Source: Tubulanus polymorphus
Taxonomy: Eukaryota > Animalia > Nemertea
Direction: 5' to 3'
Assembly (NCBI RefSeq): GCF_964204645.1
Contig: NC_134035.1
Span: 2,108,001 to 2,172,000, forward strand
DNA: 64,000 nt
Of this stretch, positions 1 to 11,786 are shown one piece after another. A program made the translations under genes and the position numbers. The notes beneath the pieces are model-generated. The model ran no database searches, was not told the origin of the DNA, and worked only from the letters and a program-made list of their open reading frames with translations. How positions within the stretch are numbered: the stretch's first letter is position 1; each line of letters begins with the position of its first letter.

Positions 1-924
1 TGAACTGTTGATCTGTCAATAATTTGAGTTTAGAGATTGTTAGGATATTTGGTGAATAATTGAATTGTAAATCAGTAAATTTTAGAAGTTAGAATATTTA
101 TTATGATGGACTGGACATAGAAAAATTAAGTATTGATTGATAAGTGAATAACTGAAAAAAAACTGAATTGTCGAATTATGAATACGATTCTATTCAAGAG
201 ATTGATTTAAAGCGTTTCATGTTGTTTTAGTGTGGTTGAATATCTATCAAATAATCTTTAATGTTTGATCGAAGTTGATTGACTTTAATTCTTGAGTCGA
301 TCGGTGAAAAACTGCTGAAAAATGAAGAAACCTAGATAGAGTAATAGAAATTTTGAATAGACTATAGAAATCTATGGTATAGATATTTCATTGAAAAGGA
401 GATTATGAATTACTTGTGTGATGTTTGTGTTGGTCGAAAAATGTTTTGTAGCTGTAAGAAAAGAGTTGACAAAAATTCTGATAAACACAGTGATATACGA
501 TTAAAACTGTAAAATGAAGAAATAGAATAATCATTGAAAGAAATTTTGATACAGATTTTGATAAACTGTTGTGCGTGAAAATATAGGAAACATTTTTGTG
601 AAACAAATAGATTTAGATACTGTGTTAAACAGTGTTAAACCATGAAGGAAGAAATCTGATGATTTTGAAATATTCCTGTTTTTCCAGTGGTGTGGCATAA
701 ATAGATTTAAATGCGGAAGAACTATGATGATTTTTGTGATTATGAAACATTCCCGTTTTTCTTGTTGTAAGAATTTTCCTCAGTTAAGGTTTCAAGGTCA
801 GGTTACGAAAGTCCGCATAGGAATATGGTTTAGGTTACAAGAATAAGATATAGAACAGTGAGGTGATTTTGTTGAAAAATGTTACTATTTTGTGAATTGC
901 ATTCCGTGCCACTAGATATTTTCA

Positions 925-928
925 TATA

Positions 929-973
<45 letters not shown>
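925..973. repeat. (TA)n microsatellite
   Basis: Direct reading. Confidence 0.95.
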
Positions 974-976
<3 letters not shown>

Positions 977-3900
977 CTGATATATAATTACTCAGGTTGT
1001 TCAAGCGATAAAATAGAAGTATTTGATGTGGAAATATACGATGAATTTTGTGTGATTTTTCTTGTGGTACAGAAAGATCTTGATAAACTGTTGTATAATG
1101 AATACAGTTATATCAAAACCGTAAAGGGAAAAATTTGATGATTCTGAAACATTCCTGTTTTTCTAGTGGCTTGATGTTGAAATATTATGATTGTGTTTTT
1201 GTGATTGTGAAACATTTCCAGTTTTTCACAGTCCAGGTTTGTCTAGGTTACAAAGATAAAACTTATAAAAATCGTGAGGGTGATTTTGTTGGAAGATTTT
1301 ATCAGTATTTTGTGATTTGCACTGATACTGATGATGGTTACTCGGGTTATATATTCAATCTATTAAATAGAAACTAGCAGTGATAATAAATAGCTACTCG
1401 CGATTTCATATGATCTCATTTTTATAATATGTTAAACAGGCAAAGTCTAATTAAGTCATGTAAACTTTGTATGTTTTCATTGAAGAGTTAGAGTGTATAT
1501 AATTTTGAACACGATTACATATAAACATGTGTGTTCTAAAAATGTAGATAGAGATGTATTTATATGTTTAAATTCATTTGGAAAAACATGACCTTTTATG
1601 ATTGTTTGATATTTGTTGTTTGTTCATTTGGATTTTTGTTCTCAAAACAGGATTTTATTTGTGAACAGCAGAAGGTGAAAAATGAATGAAAGAGGATAAA
1701 AGCCAATAGCTATGAATTTCTTTTTATTCATTGGTTTTATCTTGGAAAAGTGAAGAAAGAAGATGTAACTCCAGCACTTCGGGATATAGACCCCAAGCAC
1801 CTCCCTTCTCTATAGAGCTTATTCTGAATTTCCTCTCCCTTGTTGATCTATGGTGAACTGGTTGAAATGTTTAAAGTGAAAAAAAAATATAATGCTAAAA
1901 CCATTTTGAACAGAAGAGTAGTTAAAACCAGATCGCCAAGATCATTCCATTACTCGCCTACCATTTACATGGTAAATGGGGAAAAATAATTTTGTTAATC
2001 GAGATAGAAATAAAAACATTTTGAAAACATTGGTGACATGAAAGTTATTGACAAAATATACAGATACTTTACTATACACTACTGGAGGGATCTTACATAT
2101 ACATGTATGACGATATCTAAACCATCTTGGATCAATTTTGCTGAGTGGAAATTTGAAGCTCTAAGTAATGTGTCTAAATTTGGAATGTTTTCGCAAGTTT
2201 AGCAAGAATTGGTCACAATCAGAGAGACAATGTAATAAATCCCCAAAAATATAGGCCATTTTTGGAAATTCATTTCTGCGTAAATGAAGGTTTGAAAGTC
2301 TAACGAAAGATTACAATTACGATTACGATTTGATTTACACTCCAACCATTTCCATGGTATATGGAGGAAAACTATTTCACATGTATATACAAATATTTAC
2401 ATAACAACACTGAAGTGATTAAAATTTAGAGAATGAAAAAGTTTACAAAATATATACATTAACTATTTACAATACATCAAAGCCGGTTTTAGATAAGATA
2501 AGATGATAATGAGATGATCTAACCTCATATTCGTAATCAGCACCCCAAAAAACACGTCTGCACAAAATTTCATTAAAATTGGGCCAAAAAAATATTTTGA
2601 CTTTGTACCCCATTTTGGGGTGCATATTTTGGGCATGAAAACCCTTATTTGCCCATGCAGATGAATTCCGATTCAAAATCTGATTGCGGATCCGGAATCT
2701 ACACCTCAGAATACATATTCCTACCAAATTTCGAAGGAATCAGAGAAAAAAAAGTTTTCGCCGAAAAAAAACTCCTGGATTTTTGCCATTTTTGGGCAAA
2801 AAACCGAATCTCTTCGATTTGCTTGAAATTTTAGTCCTATATATTTTCAGGGGTGCTGATTCAAAATCTGCAATCAGATCTTGAAAACTCTGGGATCCAA
2901 GGCCTTTTGAAAATTTAGGGGTCCCCCAAAAAATTCGAATTTCTCATTTTCTGGGCAGCGGATCCGAAAAATTCGTTCAGATTTGCGATCAACACCCTTA
3001 AATACATGTCTGAACGGAATTTCATCAAAATCGGTGACAAAAAATATTTTACCCCTGACACTCATTTTGGGGAGTAGCCTACCTTAGATTGCCATTTCTC
3101 TGATACACCGGTAACTAGACTTAACTCTAACTGTGTATAACTGATTGGTGGCATCAAATTTATTAACTTTCATTTATATCTTTTAGGATGTTTGTCATCA
3201 TTAGGATGGAATTATTGACTTTTTGAGTTTGATGATCAGGATCAGATGAACTGGATAAATATGTGTGGGCAGTGTTAGAACTCACCGGGAGGATAAACAA
3301 ACAAACGAACAAATATTGGGAGAACTTGACTTCAAATTTACTCTTAAGCATTATTCTTTAATAGTTTCTGAGCATTATTTCTGGTTACAGTGTTAGTGGT
3401 AGTTGAATGCACTATTTTAGAGAATAAAATTAAATTTGCTTGAAGTTCTTCCTTTGGCATGTGAGCCTACCGCTTTACCGGATGCTAATACATTCCGCAG
3501 ACAAAAGAGTTCTATCAAAAATGTTTTGAAATTCGTTTAAAAAAGATGTTCCCCTTCGAAAAACCTTAAACGATAGTAAGATTTTTCATATACAATGGAA
3601 TCGTATTAGATAATCAACGAAATTCGGCCAAGAAAAATATCTGTATTGCTCGCATGCCACAGTAAGATCGCAAGGCTGAGTTAGATATTTACCGTACAGT
3701 GCTGCCCCTATGAATAAGGATAGCGGAATTTCTGCGAACTAAAATAGCGCATATTTACCGCCGGAATTTAAATGTCCTTATTACGTACAGTACCGACCAG
3801 TGTGTCGTCTAATTCTGATTTAATATGATACTATGAATACGTTCTGAATTTTGAATATTCTTTAGGTATATCATATTTAATCATTTTTAGCTAAAATTTA

Positions 3901-4997
3901 CTTACTTATCAATTAATATAATATTTGTATACTGAATAAATTATTCATTTTCATTTTTTAATGATAATTTATCATCAGAATTGACAAAATGTCCATATTT
4001 TTTCTTCGATAAAGTCTATTTGCGCGCAAATAAACAGGGAACATACAAACACCTATCGCTCTCTCCCAGACCATACTAGAAATACCCCGATTCATCTTAA
4101 CTCTTTTAAGGCTTATTCTTTTATAGAAAAATTGTTTGGTTCAAACGTTTGAGAGCAGTTTTCAGAGTTTGAGAATTTTCCTCGGAATCCGGCCCGCAAA
4201 TCGGTAATTAGTTCGTCCACTCCTGCCGTTCGATAACTCTGGCAAGCGAGTATTATGTTAGTTCACATTTTCCACGCTATCGTTATACATAGCGGCAGCA
4301 CTAGACGGTCGAGATTGAATTGGTCGCGCTATTTTACTGTGGAGCGGGCTCAATTCGATCGCTAATTCTTTATTTACAACAGTAAACTATTCCCTCAATT
4401 GATAAAGACTTTAAAGCCGCGATGATTCTAAATGTACGAATTTTGATATTGGTAAAAAAGATAAGAATTCATTCACGATGTTTCATTTTCATGTCCTCAG
4501 GTACACGCACTTTAGGGGGACCTCACTCACTCCAGACCCACAGTGACTTTGCAGACACTTCGACAGTCAGTGACTAGTGAGGCCGGGACCTACTCAAATT
4601 TAGTCTGAATCAGTCAGTCGTTTTAACTACGGGTTCTGGGTTGGTTAGGGAACGACGGCTAGGTGCTAGACTAACAGGGACCTCACTCGGTGTCAAAAAC
4701 CACTTTCTAGCCTACACGGGCCGCACTACCCTAGCCGCTTGCATTGCACATGGTGCAGCAGGCGATAGTTTCACAAATCTTGATGAACTGTTCTTCAACT
4801 TCCTCCGGCACCACATCTTGTTCAGCAGGTTAAGACCAGCTGACTCGACCATTTAGTTACACCAGCTTTCTCCCACTGCCACAGGCTGGGCTCTTGTGTA
4901 AAACGAGAATCTGTTAATCCAGTGTGACTGAAAACTGCTGAAAACTTTTGTTTAAGCCTTTACTTTGTCAGAGTAATTGTACTGTTTTGCTCTCATT

Positions 4998-5405
4998 TCA
5001 CCCATCCTCCCTCAACCTCTCACCCGACCCTCCCTCAACCTCACAAACCACCCTCTTCAACCTCTCACCCCATCCTCCCCAACCTCTCACCCCATCCTCC
5101 CTCAACCTCTCACCCCATCCTCCCCAACCTCTCACCCCATCCTCCCTCAACCTCTCATCCCATCCTCCCCAACCTCTCACCCCATCCTCCCCAATCTCTC
5201 GCCCCATCCTCCCTCAACCTCTCACCCCATCCTCCCCCAACCTCTCACCCAATCCTCCCCCAACCTCTCATCCCATACTCCCTCAACCTCTCACCCCATC
5301 CTCCCCAACCTCTCACCCTATCCTCCCTCAACCTCTCACCCCATCCTCCCCAACCTCTCACCCCATCCTCCCCAACCTCTCACCCCATCCTCCCACAACC
5401 TCTCA
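4998..5405. repeat. C-rich ~21-23-bp minisatellite (CAACCTCTCACCCCATCCTCCC[C/T]), copy 1
   Basis: Tandem units visible directly. They explain the Pro-rich and GWGGWG ORFs. Confidence 0.95.
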
Positions 5406-5537
5406 GTCAGTCTTCCTGTTAATGTGATTTCAATTTTATATTTCAGGTTTTCCTCTGTCGGGCTGTGGTGTAGTACTCGACGTGGTGGACTTCAACTGAA
5501 ATTTATCACAGTTTTACTTCTTCAGTCAACTTCTTCC

Positions 5538-5668
5538 GGACTACTAGTGAACTAACTGGACTACTAGTCAACTAACCGGACTATTAGTGAACTAACTGGA
5601 CTATTTGTGAACTAACCAGACTATATGTGAACTAACTGGACTATTTATCAACTAACCGGACTATAAGT
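5538..5668. repeat. 20-bp tandem repeat (GGACTACTAGTGAACTAACT), ~6.5 copies here versus ~2 in the other array units
   Basis: Direct reading. Confidence 0.85.
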
Positions 5669-8097
5669 GGAGTGATACTCATAAAAATACAGTGTGGAAC
5701 TCTGTATGTGGATTTGTGGAACTCGGTGGACTACCATTACTGCTAGACAAGGGCTAGTGAGTGTGTGAGTAGAATTTCTTATAAGTTTCCAAAACAATTA
5801 TGAGAATATGTATTCATCAATTTTAATTTGTGAAAATAAATTATATTATGTTCATTTCTTGTATTTTGTTTGTTGAATTGCATAGAGTTTTGCATTTAAG
5901 ATTTTGATTTTATTCGGGCAGTTCCTACAGACCGGTCATACCGGAATATAAGGAGTTTTAAAGGGAGAACTTTTCATATTTCGAGCAAGTGTCTGCTTCG
6001 CTTGCCCAATAACTGTAGACTCTCCTACAGTCGTTTCGTAAGCAAATTTTTAGAATCGACTGAATTCATGAATTTGCAAGTAAGACTTGCAAATTCATGA
6101 CCATGACCGAATGTTTTCATCTATTACTACATCATATTTTTCAGGTTGGAGGCGCAGGGCGTTGGAGGTGCATATATTTGAAACAATATATCTCGTCGCG
6201 CTCGACTAACTGGAGCCACGAGCCTTTTTCCTGTTTGGCGTAACAGTATTTCTCAGCCGACTGAGGGCTATCACCATTCACTTCTTACTCTTCACCATCA
6301 GAATACATTACCACATATTTCCTGAAGATGAAAATTTGGCCAAAATGACTGTCGTGTCTGGTTTTAGGATGTTTGTCATCATTAGGAACTATAGTACCGG
6401 TATTTATTGACATTTTTGTTTGTTGATCAGGACTACATCGAACTGGATGTTAGCAAGCGTTAGAACTCACCGAGAGGATAAACAAACAATCGAACACATA
6501 TTGGGAGAACTTGACTTCAGTTATAGTGAACTTTACGAGGACTAAATATGTGACACTACCGATTTGCTTTTGAACTAAAAACAGGGCAACTGAAAAAAAA
6601 CTGCGTGGCTTCTAGAACCTGTCGTTCTCTCCCAGACGAAACTAGGAATATCCCCGATTCAAATTTACTCTTAAGCCTAATTCTTTCATAGAAAGTTGTT
6701 CCTTTAATAGTTTCAGGGCATTTTTTCTGGTTACAGTGTTAGTGGTAGTTGAATGCACTATTTTAGAGAATAAAATTTAATTTGCTCAGAATTCTTCCTT
6801 TGGCATGTGAGCCTATCGCTTTACCGGATGCTAATACATTCCGCTGACAAAAGAGTTCTATCAAAAATGGTTTGAAATTCGTTTTAAAAGGATGATCCCC
6901 TTCAAAAAACCTTAAACGATAGTAGAATTATTCATATACAATGGAATCGTATTAAACATTGAACGAAATTCGGCTAAGAAAAATATCTTTATTACTCGCA
7001 TTCCACAGTAAGATAGCAAGGCCGAGTTAGATATCTACCGTACAGTGCTGCCCCTATGAATTACGGTAGCGGAATTTCTGTGAACTAAAATAGTAGCGCA
7101 TATTTACCGCCGGAATTTAAATTTCCTTATTACGTACAATACGGACCAGTGTGGCGCCTAATTCTGATTGAATATGATACTATGAAAACGTTCTGAATTT
7201 TGTATGATATTTCCTAATTTTTTAGGTAACATATTTAATTCTTTTTAGCTAAAATTCACTTACCTATCAATTAATGTTGTATTTATATACAGAATAACTT
7301 ATTCGTTTACATTTTTGAATGATAAAATTGACAAAATGTCCATATGTCCAAAATGTCAATATTCTTTCTTCGATATATTCTAATTACGCAGAAATAATCA
7401 GGGAACATACAAACACCTGTAGCTCTCTCCCAGACCATACTAGAAATACCCCGATTCAAATTTACTCTTTCAAGGCTTATTCTTTTATAGAAAAATTGTT
7501 TGGCCAGACGTTTCAGAGCAGTTTTCAGAGTTTGAGAAATTTCCTCGGAATCCGGCCCGCAAATCGGTAATTAGTTCGTCCACTACGGCCGTTCGAAGAC
7601 TCTGGCAAGCGAGTATTATGTTAGTTAACGTTTTCCACGCTATCGTTATACATAGGGGCAGCACTAGACGGTCAAGATTAGATCGCACTATTTTTACTGT
7701 GGAGCGGGCTCAATTCAATCGCTAATTCTTTATTTACAGTGAACTATTCTCTCAATTGATAAAGACTTTAAAGCCACGATGATTTTAAATGTACGACTTT
7801 TGAATTGGGTAAAATGATAAGAATTCATCATATTTTATGTCCTCAGGGCCCGGGACGCACAGGGAGACCTCACTCCAACTTCGACTTCGCAAACACGTCA
7901 CGACACACTAGTGAGGCCGGCCAGGCCCTGACTCGACCAGTTAGTTACAATGGCTTTCTCCCGGCCACAGGCTGGGCTCTTGTGAAAAACGAGAATCTGT
8001 TAAACCAGTGTGACCAGGGGACTGAAAACTGCTGAAAACCTTTGCTGAAGCCTTTAGGCTACTATGTTAGAGTAATTGTACTGTTTTGCTCCCCTTT

Positions 8098-8270
8098 TCA
8101 CCCATCCTCCCTCAACCTCTCACCCCATCCTCCCTCAACCTCTCACCCCATCCTCCCTCAACCTCACCCAACCTCATCATCCCATTGTCCCCAACCTCTC
8201 ACCCCATCCTCCCTCAACCTCTCACCCCATCCTCCCCCAACCTCTCACCCCATCCTCCCCCAACTTCTCG
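8098..8270. repeat. Same C-rich minisatellite, short copy
   Basis: Same unit with fewer repeats. Confidence 0.9.
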
Positions 8271-8829
8271 CAGTCAGTCTCGCTGTTAATGTGATTTCAA
8301 TTTTATTTTTCAGGTTTTCCTCTGTTGGGCTGTGGTGTAAACTTCATCACGAATGCTGGACGTGGTGGACATCAACTGAAATTTATCACAGTTTTACTTC
8401 TTCAGTCAACTTCTTCCGGACTACTAGTGAACTTACCCGACTATATGTGAACTAACCGGACCATTTAGTCCATTTAGGACCATTTAGATTGATACTCATA
8501 AAAAACAGTCAGTGGTGGACTCCAGGAGGTGTTGAACTCTGTATGTGGATTTGTGGGACTCGGTGGACTACCATTACTGCTAGACAAGGGCTGGTGAGTG
8601 TGAGTAGAATTTCTTAAAAGTTTCCCAAACAATTATGAGAAAGCAGTTTATCTGTAAACACTGTTCACTGCATTTCATAAGAATTGTCTATGTGGTTATT
8701 TGAAGCAGCCTGTAATTGTGTTGCGGGAATTATAATTCAGGGTTTTTAGTAAGAGCATCAATTTCTACCTTAAAAATTAATTGAATATTAAAAATTAATT
8801 GAATATTTGACATCATTGAATAAAAATCG

Positions 8830-9520
8830 TTTTTGGACCGAATTTCGAGGGCGAATTTCATCAAAATTTGTGACGAAATTAAGGGGGTCAAAACACGAAA
8901 TCCTGAATATCTCATTTTAGGAGCCTCGGATCCTAAATCTAACCTCATATTTGTAACCAGCACCCCAAAAAACATGTCTGCACTAAATTTTATTAAAATT
9001 GGGCCAAAAAGATATTTTGACTTTGTACCCCATTTTTGGGGTGCATATTTTGGGCATTAAAACCCTTATTTGCCCATGAAGATGAATTCCGTTTCAAAAT
9101 CTGATTGCGGATCCGGAATCTACACCTCAGAATACATATTCCTACCAAATTTCGAAGGAATCAGAGAAAAAAAAGTTTTCGCCGAAAAAAATCTCCTGGA
9201 CTAACACCTTAGATTTTTGCCATTTTTTGCCAAAAAATCGAATCTCTTCGATTTGCTTGAAATTTCAGTCATTTATATTGTCAGGGGTGCTGATTCCAAA
9301 TCTGCAATCAGATTTTGAATATCTCGAAAACTCTGGGGTCCAAGGCCTTTTGAAAATTTAGGGGTCCCCCAAAAAATTCGAATTTCTCATTTTCTGGGCC
9401 TCGGATCCTAAAAATTCGTTCAGAATTGTGATCAGCACCCCAGAATACATGTCTAACCGGAATTTCATCAAAATCGGAGACAAAAAATATTTGACTTCTG
9501 ACACTCATTTTGGGGAGTAG
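8830..9520. mobile_element. Non-autonomous DNA-transposon-like segment of direct and inverted CAGCACCCC / GGGGTGCTGATT modules, present in most array units (also ~2510-3080)
   Basis: Module TCGGATCC..CAGCACCCC..CATGTCT..AATTT(C/T)AT(C/T)AAAAT occurs twice forward, with the inverted GGGGTGCTGATTCCAAATCTG between them. Termini not resolved. Confidence 0.5.
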
Positions 9521-11391
9521 CCTACCTTAGATTGCCATTTCTCTGATATACCGGTAACTAGACTTAACTCTTACACTGTGTATAACTGTTTGGTGGCCTC
9601 AAATCTATTAAGTTTCATTTATATCTTTTAGGATGTTTGTCATCATTAGGATGCCGGGAATTATTGACTTTTTGAGTTTGATGATCAGGATCAGATGAAC
9701 TGGATAAATATGTGTTGGCACTGTTAGAACTCACCGGGAGGATAAACAAACAAACGAACAAATATTGGGAGAACTTGACTTCAAATTTACTCTCCTTTAA
9801 TAGTTTCCGAGCATTATTTCTGGTTACTGTGTTAGTGGTAGTTGAATGCACTATTTTAGAGAATAAAATTAAATTTGCTTGAAGTTCTTCCTTTGGCATG
9901 TGAGCTTAGCGCTTTACCGGATGCTAATACATTCCGCAGACAAAAGAGTTCTATCACAAACGGTTTGAAATTCGTTTTAGAAAGAGAATCCCCTTCTAAA
10001 AACCTTAAACGATAGTCGAATTATTCATATACAATGGAATCGTATTAGATAATCAACGAAATTCGGCTAAGAAAAATATCTGTATTGCTCGCATGCCACA
10101 GTAAGATAGCGAGGCTGAGTTAGATATTTACCGTACAGTGCTGCCCCTATGAATAACGATAGCGGAATTTCTGTGAACTAAAATAGTAGCGCATATTTAC
10201 CGCCGGAATTTAAATGTCCTTATTACGTACAGTACCGACCAGTGTGTCGTCTAATTCTGATTTAATATGATACTATGAATACGTTCTGAATTTTGTATGA
10301 TATTTCCTTATTTTTAGGTAACATATTTAATTTTTTTTAGCTAAAATTCACTTTTTTATCAATTAATATAGTATTTGTATACAGAATAAATTATTCATTT
10401 TCATTTTTTAATGATAATTTATCATCAGAATTGACAAAATGTTCATATTTTTTCTTCGATTATAGTCTATTTGCGCGCAAATAAACAGGGAACTTACAAA
10501 CACCTGTCGCTCTCTCCCAGACCATACTAGAAATACCCCGATTCAAATTAACTCTTTTAAGGCTCATTCTCTTATAGAAAAACTGTTTGGTTCGAACGTT
10601 TGAGAGCAGTTTTCAGAGTTTGAGAATTTTCCTCGGAATCCGGCCCGCAAATCGGTAATTAGTTCGTCCACTCCTGCCATTCGAAGACTCTGGCAAGCGA
10701 GTATTATGTTAGTTCACATTTTCCACGCTATCGTTATACGTAGCGGCAGCACTAGACGGTCGAGATTGAATTAATCGCGCTATTTTACTGTGGAGCGGGC
10801 TCAATTCAATCGCTAATTCTTTATTTCAGTGAACTATTCCCTCAATTGATAAAGACTTTAAAGCCGCGATGATTCTAAATGTACGAATTTTGATATTGGT
10901 AAAAAAGATAAAAATTCATACATGATATTTCATTTTCATGTCCTCAGGTACACACACAGTTTAGGGGGACCTCACTCCAGTGACTTCGCAGACACTTCAC
11001 GACAGTCAGTGGAGGCTGGGACCTACTCAAATTTAGTCTGAATCAGTCAGTCGTTGTTACTACGGGTTTCGGGTTGTTTGGGTAACGACGGCTAGGTGCT
11101 AGGCTAACAGGGACCTCACTCGGTGTCAAAAACCACTTTCTAGCCTATACGGGCCGCACTACCCTAGCCGCTTGAATTGCACATGGTGCAGCAGGCGATA
11201 GTTTCACAAATCTTGATGAACTGTTCTTCAACTTCCTCCAGCACCACATCTTGTTCAGCAAGTTACACCAGCTTTCTCCCACTGCCACAGGCTGGGCTCT
11301 TGTGTAAAACGAGAATCTGTTAATCCAGTGCCGTACTGAAAACTGCTGAAAACTTTTGCTTAAGCCTGAGTTATTGTGTTTGCTTCTCTTT

Positions 11392-11786
11392 TCACCCATC
11401 CTCCCCAACCTCTCACCCCATCCTCCCCAACCTCTCACCCCATCCTCCCTCAACCTCTCACCCCATCCTCCCCAACCTCTCATCCCATTGTCCCTCAACC
11501 TCTCACCCCATCCTCCCCAACCTCTCATCCCATTGTCCCTCAACCTCTCACCACATCCTCCCCAACCTCTCATCCCATCCTCCCCCAACCTCTCACCCCA
11601 TCCTCCCCAACCTCTCATCCCATACTCCCTCAACCTCTCACCCCATCCTCCCCAACCTCTCACACCATCCTCCCTCAACCTCTCACCCCATCCTCCCCAT
11701 CCTCCCTCAACCTCTCACTCCATCCTCCCTCAACCTCTCACCCTATCCTCCCCCAACCTCTCACCCCATCCTCCCCCAACTTCTCG
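11392..11786. repeat. Same C-rich minisatellite (also at 14907-15301 and 18423-18817)
   Basis: Same unit in each near-identical array copy. Confidence 0.95.

Noticed and set aside
8730-9899. Short ORFs repeated in each array unit (66-94 aa)
   Set aside because: No recognisable domains; their recurrence reflects recent DNA duplication, and they are frameshifted or truncated in some copies.
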